The notes under the pieces are model-generated. The model saw only the letters and a program-made list of their open reading frames with translations. It did not search any database and was not told the origin of the DNA. A program made the position numbers and the translations under genes. Of a DNA stretch of 64,000 bases, positions 1 through 8,615 are shown piece after piece (the stretch's first letter is position 1; every line of letters starts with the position of its first letter). This DNA is from a bacterium. GTDB lineage: Bacteria; SAR324; NAC60-12. The stretch spans positions 3,840,001-3,904,000 of the forward strand of contig OZ242383.1 in NCBI GenBank assembly GCA_965209155.1, in the 5' to 3' direction.

Positions 1-3000
1 CTGGAAGTGAAGAAATGAAATCATCCAATGCGGCTCGGCGCAGGGCTGAGGTGATTTCTTCCTCACCTGCCGTTGGACGAGCGATATTTATATTTTCCCG
101 CAGTGTTGAATTGAATAAATAAGTATCTTGCGAAACAAGTGAAATGTTTTGCCGCAATTCTTCCAGACGGTATTGAGTGAGTGGAACCCCTTGAAAACGA
201 ATAATCCCGACCTGTGGGTCCCAAAATCGCATCAACAAATGAGCAATTGTAGTTTTACCGGCACCAGAAGGACCAACGAGTGCGACCAATTTTCCTTTAG
301 GCACATCAAAACTCACGTTCCATAAGGCATAGCGACCATCTTGCAGGTAGGAAAATTTCACCTGATCCATTTGCAAATCGATTGGCAATGGATTCCGCGA
401 TGCGTCAGAAATTTGCGAAACTCCCGGGCCGTCCCGGACCAGGATGGGTTCATTTCGTACTACATACAAACGTCGCGTTGCGCCTAATGTGTCTGCTAAT
501 TGACGTCCAATTTGCGCAATTTCAGAGACTGGCAGGAAAGCTGCCATTGATATTAAAGTCAGTAACGGCAGGATAGCGCTGTCCAATGAACCCAAACTCA
601 CCAGGTAAGCGCCACTGACTGCAACCGCCAGGCCTCCCAAGCCCGTTGCTATCTCGAGCAATGCCGTTTGTAAGGTCAAGTCCCGGAAAAAAGGCAAACG
701 AATCAGGTGGTGAACCTTTGTTTTCCCTATGAGTTCTTTTCTCCTCAAACGGGTTTGCTGAAAAGCAATGACTTCAATGAGCCCTTGAATGGTATCCACG
801 ACATGAGCATTCAGGTTACCCAGCGCTTCTCTGGCACGTGACCCCAATTCATCGATCCGCCTCCTCAGCAAAAATGGGCTCGAGCCAACCAAGATCAAAA
901 AAGGTAGAAGAGCGATCGCCATCAGAGGTCCCTGGAGGATTAAAGTCAGGACTACTACGAAGGGAACCAGTACCGCAACAAAGGCAGGCGCGACGGTGTG
1001 TGCGAAAAAAAATTCAACTAACTCCACATCATGGGTTGCGTTCCCGATCAAGTCTCCGCTTCGACGTCTCGTCATATAAGCAGGTCCCAGCGCATCTAAT
1101 TTTTGATAAAGGGCGATGCGTAATTCGCTCAACAAACGAAACGCCATATCATGAGCGATCCAGGATTCCAGCCAATGAGATACCCCCGCGAGCGGCGCAA
1201 TGATAAAAAGCAAGATTAACATTGAATCATAGGGAGTCCCGTTTTTTATGGATGCCACAATCAACGCACTGACAATTCCGACTCCAATCAGCGCAATGAC
1301 ACGCGTCACTCCCAGAACAAAGGTAAGCGTCAGTTTGACTTTCCAAGGCGCAATCAATCGCATGAGATACCGAATCGTCTCACCCCAACTCAATCCATCC
1401 GCCCTGAGTATTTCATCGTCCGGTTCCTGTTGAGTTTCGTTTGTTCCGTACCCGGTAAATAAATTGTTTGTTTCATGCTGAAAAATTTCTTTGTTTAAAA
1501 TTTTATTGGTATCGAAATGATTTTTTTGCAAGTAGTCTCTATTATATTCTCCTATCTGAGCGGCCATCAGGGAATGATAAGCTCCGGATCTCCGCAGGAG
1601 TTCCGCATGAGTCCCCTGTTCTACGATCGTTCCATGTTCCAGCACAAAAATCCGATCTGAATCGATCACGCTGGACAGTCGATGCGCAAAAATCAGGGTG
1701 GTACGCCCCACCATAACCCGGTCCAAGGCTTCCTGGATGATTGTTTCATTTTCGCTATCAACCGCGGAGAGCGCTTCATCGAGTAACAATACCGGTGCGT
1801 CCCGTAACAATGCGCGAGCAATAGCGATGCGTTGTCGCTGACCTCCCGACAACTTGATTCCTCTCTCTCCAATGACGGTATGGTAACCCTGTGGAAGGTG
1901 GGAAATGAATTCATGAGCATTGGCGGTTTGGGCAGCTGCAATCAATTCCTCTTCCGTTGCGCTTGCTTGTCCGAAACGTAGATTCTCGGCAACGGTCCCA
2001 TGGAAGAGATACGTATCCTGTTGGACCACGGCAATGTGCTGGTAAAGCGTGTCCATACTGATCTTTCGCAAATCCTTCCCTCCCAAGCGAATAACACCTT
2101 TTTGCGGATTGTAGAGTCTCAACAACAAACGAACTACCGTTGATTTTCCACACCCGCTGGGTCCCACAATACCAATCCGTTCTCCGGCGCGAACTTTAAA
2201 ATTCAAATTGTGGTGGGCCATTTTATTGGTTCCTGGATAAGAAAATGTGACACGTTCAAAACAAATTGTGGGATCGAAGGGTTTTTGATTGCCCTGAGAA
2301 AGGATTTCAGTTTCAGCAGTTTGTTGAAGGGGAGCAATCAACGTTTTCTGATCCAGCAGGCGCAAGATTCCCTGAGCTGCCGATTGTCCCATCATACCGT
2401 GGTGCAAAAGTTCCCTCAATTCCCGCAAAGGACGAAACACTTCAATTCCCATCATCAGGATCATGAGGAGCGCTTCCAACGACATTTGACCTTGCGTCAC
2501 CCGGTAGGCCCCTAAGGCCAGCATAGATGCCGCTCCAACAGCTATGCCCGTATCGGTAATACCTCGTGTGAGCGTATTGGTTGCCAACACCCACATGGTT
2601 CGTTTGAAAAGTTCGTGAGATTTTTCAGCAAGCAGTCGACCCCGGTTCGTACTTTGACCAAAGGCCTGCAGGGTGGCCAATCCTTGTAGTGAATCCAGAA
2701 ATTCCGCGCCAAACTCTGCGTAGGCCATCTGACGGCTTTTTGCGCTGTTTATGTCCCATTTGTGGAAGAGCATTGGGGCAAAAAGCGTGAGCAACGAAAA
2801 GATCAGCATGACACCGGCAACCGGCCAGTCCAGGAAAAAAACAAACAGAAATATGGCAAAGGGGAGCAACATCGCAATGAAAATTTGCGGAATGTATCGT
2901 CCAAAATAAGTCTCCAATTGTTCCACTCCATCGACTACCGTGAGCAGTACGTCTCCAGTCCGATGCAGGTCGAAATGCGCCGGTCCCAACTCAACGATTT

Positions 3001-3292
3001 TGTCGTATAAAACTTTCCGGAGAAGCACTTGTACCCTGGCGGAAGTATGATGAGCGAGCATATTGCGTCCGAATTCGAGAAACCCTCTCAATAGCATGAG
3101 AACAACCACCACGCTGGTTGAATGCACTAAGGTGTTGAACGGCTCGCTGTTGAATACTTGCGCCAAAAGCCATCCCAATGCGGCAAGACGGGCAACTCCA
3201 ACCATTGATGACAGGAGCCCCAGTGCCACAGTGGCGGCGATTCTCAAACGAACGCCTTCTGTGAAGACCCAAAGGCGGAAATTAAAATACAT
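1..3292 (-). CDS. Fused ABC exporter (TMD-NBD-TMD-NBD, CydDC-like); 3' end lies beyond the window edge
   Basis: Hand-read minus frame starts at ATG 3292 (MYFNFRLWVFTEGVRLRIAATVALG). Walker A GPSGCGKS near 2150, signature LSGGQRQR near 1845, second Walker A GPSGAGKT near 265. Absent from the ORF track because it runs off the window; continuity was not checked codon by codon. Confidence 0.85.
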   Translation of the reverse strand, partial: MYFNFRLWVFTEGVRLRIAATVALGLLSSMVGVARLAALGWLLAQVFNSEPFNTLVHSTSVVVVLMLLRGFLEFGRNMLAHHTSARVQVLLRKVLYDKIVELGPAHFDLHRTGDVLLTVVDGVEQLETYFGRYIPQIFIAMLLPFAIFLFVFFLDWPVAGVMLIFSLLTLFAPMLFHKWDINSAKSRQMAYAEFGAEFLDSLQGLATLQAFGQSTNRGRLLAEKSHELFKRTMWVLATNTLTRGITDTGIAVGAASMLALGAYRVTQGQMSLEALLMILMMGIEVFRPLRELRELLHHGMMGQSAAQGILRLLDQKTLIAPLQQTAETEILSQGNQKPFDPTICFERVTFSYPGTNKMAHHNLNFKVRAGERIGIVGPSGCGKSTVVRLLLRLYNPQKGVIRLGGKDLRKISMDTLYQHIAVVQQDTYLFHGTVAENLRFGQASATEEELIAAAQTANAHEFISHLPQGYHTVIGERGIKLSGGQRQRIAIARALLRDAPVLLLDEALSAVDSENETIIQEALDRVMVGRTTLIFAHRLSSVIDSDRIFVLEHGTIVEQGTHAELLRRSGAYHSLMAAQIGEYNRDYLQKNHFDTNKILNKEIFQHETNNLFTGYGTNETQQEPDDEILRADGLSWGETIRYLMRLIAPWKVKLTLTFVLGVTRVIALIGVGIVSALIVASIKNGTPYDSMLILLFIIAPLAGVSHWLESWIAHDMAFRLLSELRIALYQKLDALGPAYMTRRRSGDLIGNATHDVELVEFFFAHTVAPAFVAVLVPFVVVLTLILQGPLMAIALLPFLILVGSSPFLLRRRIDELGSRAREALGNLNAHVVDTIQGLIEVIAFQQTRLRRKELIGKTKVHHLIRLPFFRDLTLQTALLEIATGLGGLAVAVSGAYLVSLGSLDSAILPLLTLISMAAFLPVSEIAQIGRQLADTLGATRRLYVVRNEPILVRDGPGVSQISDASRNPLPIDLQMDQVKFSYLQDGRYALWNVSFDVPKGKLVALVGPSGAGKTTIAHLLMRFWDPQVGIIRFQGVPLTQYRLEELRQNISLVSQDTYLFNSTLRENINIARPTAGEEEITSALRRAALDDFISSLP

Positions 3293-3578
3293 GAAAGTGT
3301 CTTATTGATTTTTAATATTGTGAGACGGGTACAGCTTATGAAGGTTTGGGATAAAATATAACAAATTGATGTCAGTACGCAGTTGTCCACCTGCCACGTT
3401 TTTGTTGAATCGACCAGGTGAGAATCCGCATTCAATCAGGTGCAACGTATTTTTTGATACAATATTTTTTTTAAATACGCTATACCAGATTCTGGAAGTA
3501 AATTCAGTCAACAGCCTGTGATATTCCCATTTCGTAGCTACTTGTATGATCTGGAAATTAAAATTTTGCTTTGTTTGA

Positions 3579-4140
3579 GTCATCACCACCGGCAGAGCCG
3601 GTGGCTTGAAGAGGCCCCCAGTATGAGGGCAAAACGTGTTCGTCATCGTATGACGTGCTCGTGCTCGTGAACGAAAAAGGCTGCCATGTTAGATCATGAA
3701 AAACTCGATGTATACCAATGTTCCATCGAATTTTTAGCGTTATCTGTCCAAGTCATCGAAACATTGCCAAAAGGATACTCAGCCTTAGTTGACCAACTGA
3801 AAAGGACCTCATGGTCGATTCCTCTCAATATCGCAGAAGGCTGTGGAAAAAATTCCTTTCCTGACAAGCAACGATTCTATGCATTGGCCCGAGGTTCCGC
3901 AATGGAATGCGCTGCTATTCTCGATGTTTTAAACGTGTTGAAGATCATCCAGCCTCCTTTATTTGACGAAGGGAAACAGTTACTTCATCGCATTGTTTCT
4001 ATGTTAACCAAAATGTGACGTCGAATTCACTGACCGTTCACGAGCACGAGCACGGCTAACGGACACGGATACGTCTCTCATGTCTGACCGGCAAAGCTTA
4101 TTAGGTTCGCACCAGCAGAGCTGGTGGTTTAATGAGATTA
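3579..4140 (-). mobile_element. 562-bp non-autonomous IS200/IS605-type element carrying a four-helix-bundle gene, copy 1
   Basis: Near-identical to 10333-10894 and 30951-31512. Subterminal hairpins CACCAGC-TCT-GCTGGTG and CCACCGGC-TCT-GCCGGTGG. TAAT target at 4141-4144 (minus strand); no TSD. Confidence 0.85.
3686..4018 (+). CDS. Four-helix-bundle protein (23S rRNA IVS protein/bAvd-like), 5 aa shorter than its paralogs (TGC>TGA)
   Basis: Motifs HEKLDVYQ, DQLKR.SWSIPLNIAEG, RFYALARGSAMECAA. Confidence 0.85.
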   Translation: MLDHEKLDVYQCSIEFLALSVQVIETLPKGYSALVDQLKRTSWSIPLNIAEGCGKNSFPDKQRFYALARGSAMECAAILDVLNVLKIIQPPLFDEGKQLLHRIVSMLTKM

Positions 4141-4250
4141 ATTATTTGCTTTCCGTTCGAATTTATGAAAAACAAATCATTGAAAATATTGATCATTTAC
4201 AGATTATTCATCTTCTGAAATTATTATGAACTCTCATACGGATCTGAGTT

Positions 4251-5165
4251 GTGCGACACGAAATGTCAGATAGCAAGCAGTTTGGTCCAGCTGTCGTCCT
4301 TTATGGAGAACGTCGTGGTAAATATCCGGAAGGCAATTCATTGTTGGTGCGAGGAAAGGAGGAATCGGTTCTGATCGATCCTTCTCTGGCCATGATTCCT
4401 CGCCGTAGGATCTTACCAAAAGTAGACTGGATCCTCAACAGTCACTGTCATGAAGATCACATTGCCGGAAATCATCTTTATTCCAATCTTCCATGGTATT
4501 TTCACGAGTTGGATCGTCCGGGCATTCAATCCCTGGAAGGTTTATTGGCGATTTATGGTTTTTCAGAAGAGATCAATTCAATCTTTCGACAGGTGCTCAC
4601 TGACCGCTTTCATTTCATGGCTAAAGACGACGCTATTTCTTTTACAGATGGAACCGTTTTTGATTTGGGCGGTACCACCCTTCGAACCATCCACACTCCC
4701 GGACACACCCGCGGTCACTGCTGTTTCTTTATCGAATCTACCGGGAAAGAACCCTTGTTGTACCTGGGTGATATCGAACTGAGCAGTTTTGGCCCCTATT
4801 ACGGAGACGCCTGGTCCGATCTAGAAGATTTTGAACGCAGCTTGAAGACTGTCCGGGAAATCGAAGCCCACTGGTATGCCACTTTTCATCACATTGGAAT
4901 TCTGGACAGGGAGCATTTTCTCGAAAGACTCGACCGCTTCGAAGCCGTTATAGGTCGACGTGAAGAACGATTATTGGAATTTCTCACAGAACCCAAAACT
5001 CTGGACGACATCGCAAAACATCGTTTCATTTACCGACCTGGAGATAATGTGTTCTATGCCGATTGCGTGGAACGTCGTAGTATGGCTTTTCACCTGTTAC
5101 GACTCGAACGAGAAAATCGAGTGCGTCAAGTCCAAAAAGGTAGGTGGCAGCAAATTGATTCTTGA
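4251..5165 (+). CDS. MBL-fold metallo-hydrolase
   Basis: SHCHEDHIAG, HTPGHTRGH and LGD motifs; alternative start at 4263. Confidence 0.85.
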   Translation: MRHEMSDSKQFGPAVVLYGERRGKYPEGNSLLVRGKEESVLIDPSLAMIPRRRILPKVDWILNSHCHEDHIAGNHLYSNLPWYFHELDRPGIQSLEGLLAIYGFSEEINSIFRQVLTDRFHFMAKDDAISFTDGTVFDLGGTTLRTIHTPGHTRGHCCFFIESTGKEPLLYLGDIELSSFGPYYGDAWSDLEDFERSLKTVREIEAHWYATFHHIGILDREHFLERLDRFEAVIGRREERLLEFLTEPKTLDDIAKHRFIYRPGDNVFYADCVERRSMAFHLLRLERENRVRQVQKGRWQQIDS

Positions 5166-5199
5166 GAATGAATCGTAAAATTCTTAAAAACATTACATT

Positions 5200-5345
5200 T
5201 AATATGCGAATCAGGAGTTGAAATTTAATTTATAAAACCAATAATTTAATAATTATGATGCGGCATCCGAAATTTCGCCCGTATCCCTTGGATTCCTGGT
5301 CAAGCCAGGAATGACACGTTTTTTAACTCCTGATTCACGTATTTA
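5200..5345. repeat. MITE-like repeat with terminal inverted repeats and an internal REP-like palindrome
   Basis: GCGAATCAGGAGTTGAAA ... TTTAACTCCTGATTCAC; core GATTCCTGGTCAAGCCAGGAATGAC; homologues at 7478-8248 and 32002-32160. Confidence 0.75.
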
Positions 5346-5369
5346 ATTTAATAATATCAGAGATTTGAC

Positions 5370-6182
5370 ATGGATACTATCGATAAGTCAAACTTGGAGG
5401 GATATTTTTTCGAAACCATTGAATTAGACGTTCAAAACCATATCATGACCCTCACGCTCAACCGTCCTGATAAAAAAAACGCAATCAACGATACCCTGTC
5501 CAACGAATTCAATTATGCGTTGAGCTTTGCAAAGCAAGAACGTGGAATTCGTGTCGTGGTATTGGCGGCTAAGGGAGATGTATTTTGCGCTGGCGCGGAT
5601 TTGAAATCTTTCCAGGGACAAAAGGAAAAGACTCGCAGCACTGTACCTCGAATGGATGAAAAAATGAACATTGCCAGCAGTATCCGTGATTTACGCAAAC
5701 CCGTCATCGCCAAAGTTCAAGGACCGGTCCTGGCAGGCGCCCTTCTTATGATTTGCAATGCAACCCATGTAGTTGTTGCTGATCATGTCTATTTTTGTAC
5801 ACCAGAAATCAAAAGAGGGCTCTGGCCTTACATGGTGATGGCAGGATTGTTCCGAGTGATGCCTCGACGCGTGGGACTCGATTTTATCATGCGTGGAATT
5901 CCCATGAATGCTTGGGACGCTAAGCAAAACGGGCTCGTATCCGAAGTCGTTCCAGCAAACCGGCTTGGAGCTCGAGTGGCGGAATTGGCCGACGAATTGG
6001 CAAAATTAGCTCCTTCCACCATGCAGATGGGACTGGAAGCGTTCTATCATCAAGAACTCATGCCGATGGAAGATGCTCTGCCTTACTTGAAAATGATGCT
6101 GGAAAAAACCGTTAAATCGGAGGATGCTCAAGAAGGCATCACCGCTTTCTTTGAAAAAAGAGAACCTCGATGGAATAATTGA
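5370..6182 (+). CDS. Enoyl-CoA hydratase/isomerase family protein
   Basis: LNRPDKKNA, FCAGADL, KPVIAKVQG, EGITAFFEKREP. Confidence 0.9.
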   Translation: MDTIDKSNLEGYFFETIELDVQNHIMTLTLNRPDKKNAINDTLSNEFNYALSFAKQERGIRVVVLAAKGDVFCAGADLKSFQGQKEKTRSTVPRMDEKMNIASSIRDLRKPVIAKVQGPVLAGALLMICNATHVVVADHVYFCTPEIKRGLWPYMVMAGLFRVMPRRVGLDFIMRGIPMNAWDAKQNGLVSEVVPANRLGARVAELADELAKLAPSTMQMGLEAFYHQELMPMEDALPYLKMMLEKTVKSEDAQEGITAFFEKREPRWNN

Positions 6183-6247
6183 AGCTAATACAGAAAAAAA
6201 GAAATTAATCCCTAAAGAGTGATTGATTGGAATAGGCAGGAGGCATA

Positions 6248-7354
6248 ATGGATATCAAAGACCTGACCATTGGTATTGAAGAAGAATATCAAATCATTGA
6301 TCCGGAAACTCGTGAACTGACTTCATACATTGCAGAAATTCTGGATAAAGGGACTATCATGTTCCGAGACCAGGTCAAACCCGAAGCGCTTCAGTCTCAG
6401 TTGGAGACCAACACGCACATTTGCCGTAACATCAAAGAAGCACGTCAGGAAATAACCCGGTTACGCAGTATTGTTTGTGACACGGCCATTAAAAACGGGT
6501 GCAAGATCGTTGCGGCCGGTACCCATCCCTTTTCCCGCTGGCAAGATCAATTGACCACTGAAAAAGAACGTTATCAAGGACTGATGGCCGACTTTCAGAT
6601 CCTTGGTCGACAATTGCTGATCTTTGGCATGCACGTTCACATCGGAATTCCGGACCCGGATTTGCGAATCGATATCATGAATCAGGTCTGCTATACCCTT
6701 CCTCACATCTTCGCGCTTTCCACCTCCTCTCCTTTTTGGTTGGGTGAAAATACCGGATTGAAATCCTATCGAGCCGTTATCTTCGAGGACTTGCCCCGCA
6801 CCGGACTCCCTGAATATTTTGATTCCAATCAAGCTTATGAAGACTACGTCAACACCTTGATCAAAACAAACTGCATGGATGATCCTACCAAAATCTGGTG
6901 GGATATCCGCCCCCATCCAAATTTTCCGACCCTCGAGTTTCGTATTTGTGACTGCACCACAAAAATCGATGAAGTGATTGCCATCGCGGCACTCATTCAA
7001 ACCCTGGTTGCGAAATTAATCCAATTGCGCCAAAACAATCAAACATGGCGTCTTTATCGCCCCAGCCTCATTGCAGAAAACAAATGGAGAGCGCTCCGAG
7101 ACGGATTGGATGGAAAATTCATCGATTTCGGCAAAAAAGAAGAAGTTCCCTTGCGATTTTTGTTAGAAGAATTGCTGGAATTGATTGACGATGTGGTCGA
7201 TGAATTGGAAACGCGTCAAGAAATCGAATACATTCGTACCATCATCAAAGAAGGCAGCAGCGCCGACCGGCAATTACGTAAATATGATGAAACCGGTAGT
7301 TTGGAGTCTGTGATTGATATGCTGGTGGAGGAAACCATGATTGGTTGTTATTGA
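6248..7354 (+). CDS. Carboxylate-amine ligase (YbdK/glutamate-cysteine ligase 2 family)
   Basis: TIGIEEEYQ, FGMHVHIG, WWDIRP, TLEFRICD; RBS GGAGG. Confidence 0.9.
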   Translation: MDIKDLTIGIEEEYQIIDPETRELTSYIAEILDKGTIMFRDQVKPEALQSQLETNTHICRNIKEARQEITRLRSIVCDTAIKNGCKIVAAGTHPFSRWQDQLTTEKERYQGLMADFQILGRQLLIFGMHVHIGIPDPDLRIDIMNQVCYTLPHIFALSTSSPFWLGENTGLKSYRAVIFEDLPRTGLPEYFDSNQAYEDYVNTLIKTNCMDDPTKIWWDIRPHPNFPTLEFRICDCTTKIDEVIAIAALIQTLVAKLIQLRQNNQTWRLYRPSLIAENKWRALRDGLDGKFIDFGKKEEVPLRFLLEELLELIDDVVDELETRQEIEYIRTIIKEGSSADRQLRKYDETGSLESVIDMLVEETMIGCY

Positions 7355-7505
7355 TTTCGAAGATGGTACAGATTTTTTTATTTTTAAGAAAACATAATAT
7401 GCAGTAAAATATTTCTTACGAAAATGCAAGCTTGGCGGTTCTGAGATTGATTCATTTCTGCAATTGATGAACCCTGTTAATGTGAATCAGGAGTTGAAAT
7501 TTAAT

Positions 7506-8100
7506 TAGTCCCCCACAAGGTTTAAACCTCCGCCTTTAGGCGGATAGATTTATCCCTCCCTATGCTATAGGCCCTCGCATGAAAGGAGGATCTCATGGAA
7601 TATAGGTATGGCATTCACACCGTTTTCAATATTGAGTATCATTTTGTTTGGGTTACCAAATATCGTTATAAGGTTCTCACTGGTGATGTCGCCTTGCGAG
7701 TTCGTGAATTGGTGCGTCAAACTTGCGAAGCATTTGAGATCCGAATTCTCAGTGGGGTGGTGAGTAAAGATCATGTCCATCTGTTTCTCTCCGCTCCTCC
7801 AAGCATGGCCCCAAGTGAGATCATGCGTCGCCTCAAAGGCAGAAGTGCTAGTAAGCTGTTTGAAGAGTTTCCTGTCATCAAAAAACGCTATTGGGGCCGA
7901 CACTTTTAGGCGAGAGGATATTTTTGTGCAACGGCAGGTCAAGTGACTGATGAAATGATTAAAAGTTATTTGGAGCATCATTTTGAATCGAATCCTAATG
8001 ATGATTTTCGGACCGAAGCCTAGACGGGTCTGAAATGACCCGTATCCGTACTTTCAGTACTTGAGTTTAAACCCTCCGTCTTCAGACGGTGGTTGTTTAG
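7506..8100 (+). mobile_element. IS200/IS605-family (IS200-like) insertion sequence, 595 bp
   Basis: Left hairpin TCCGCCTTTAGGCGGA preceded by TAAA; right hairpin CCGTCTTCAGACGG preceded by AAAC; ends in TTAG; inserted 3' of TAAT. Confidence 0.9.
7595..8023 (+). pseudogene. tnpA: Y1 HUH transposase with internal stop (HF*ARGYF, expected W) at 7907-7909
   Basis: YHFVWVTKYR and DHVH (HUH). The frame continues past the TAG as ARGYFCATAGQVTDEMIKSYLEHH, which contains the catalytic Tyr. Confidence 0.9.
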
Positions 8101-8455
8101 TTATAAAATAAAAAATTCAATATTTATGATGTGTCATGCCGGTCCCGGATCAAGTCCGGGATGATCCGGCATCCAAAATATCGCCCGCATCCCTTGGATT
8201 CCTGGTCAAGCCAGGAATGACACGTTTTTCAACTCCTGATTCACGTTATTAATCAATTACCATCATTCGGCCCTCTCCAAAACTGCTCACCTGTAACCTA
8301 TCGATCTCTCAGAAACTGGTACAGGAGTGGCTCATGCGAAAAGAAAAAATGAGCAATGTCCATTTTTTTGAAATTGTATGCTATATTCTTTCTTATGACA
8401 TCGTATAACAAATTCGTTAATCAGCATATTAATGAAATACTCAGTTTTCTGAATA

Positions 8456-8527
8456 TTGTCATTCTGAGCCGTGACCGGAGAATCTCTTCAATCGAGGCGA
8501 GATCCTTCGCTCTGCTCACGATGACAA
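8456..8527. repeat. REP-like palindromic element
   Basis: TTGTCATTCTGAG...GAATCTC...GAGATCCTTCG...CTCACGATGACAA, nested inverted repeats. Confidence 0.6.
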
Positions 8528-8615
8528 ATTCTTGCGCTGACACTAAGTAAATTGATGATCAAAATTTTGTCTGACTCTCAAAAATACTTTAAAATTCAAT
8601 TATGAGGAAACTCCT

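Larger units (their letters stand above)
7478..8248. repeat. MITE copy interrupted by an IS200-like element
   Basis: Same TIRs and REP-like core as 5200-5345, split by the IS at AAATTTAAT|TTATAAAA. Confidence 0.75.

Noticed and set aside
3635..3673. CRISPR array or rRNA intervening-sequence context
   Set aside because: Repeats are 6-nt units without spacers; no cas genes or rRNA sequence nearby.
4016..4018. TGA replacing a Cys codon in four-helix copy 1 as possible selenocysteine
   Set aside because: Private to one copy, no clear SECIS hairpin and no redox motif; a nonsense mutation is simpler.
7907..7909. TAG codons in tnpA and the RelE-like gene (42307) as pyrrolysine or recoding
   Set aside because: TAG is a normal stop for several intact genes here, and the tnpA site is a conserved Trp (TGG>TAG).
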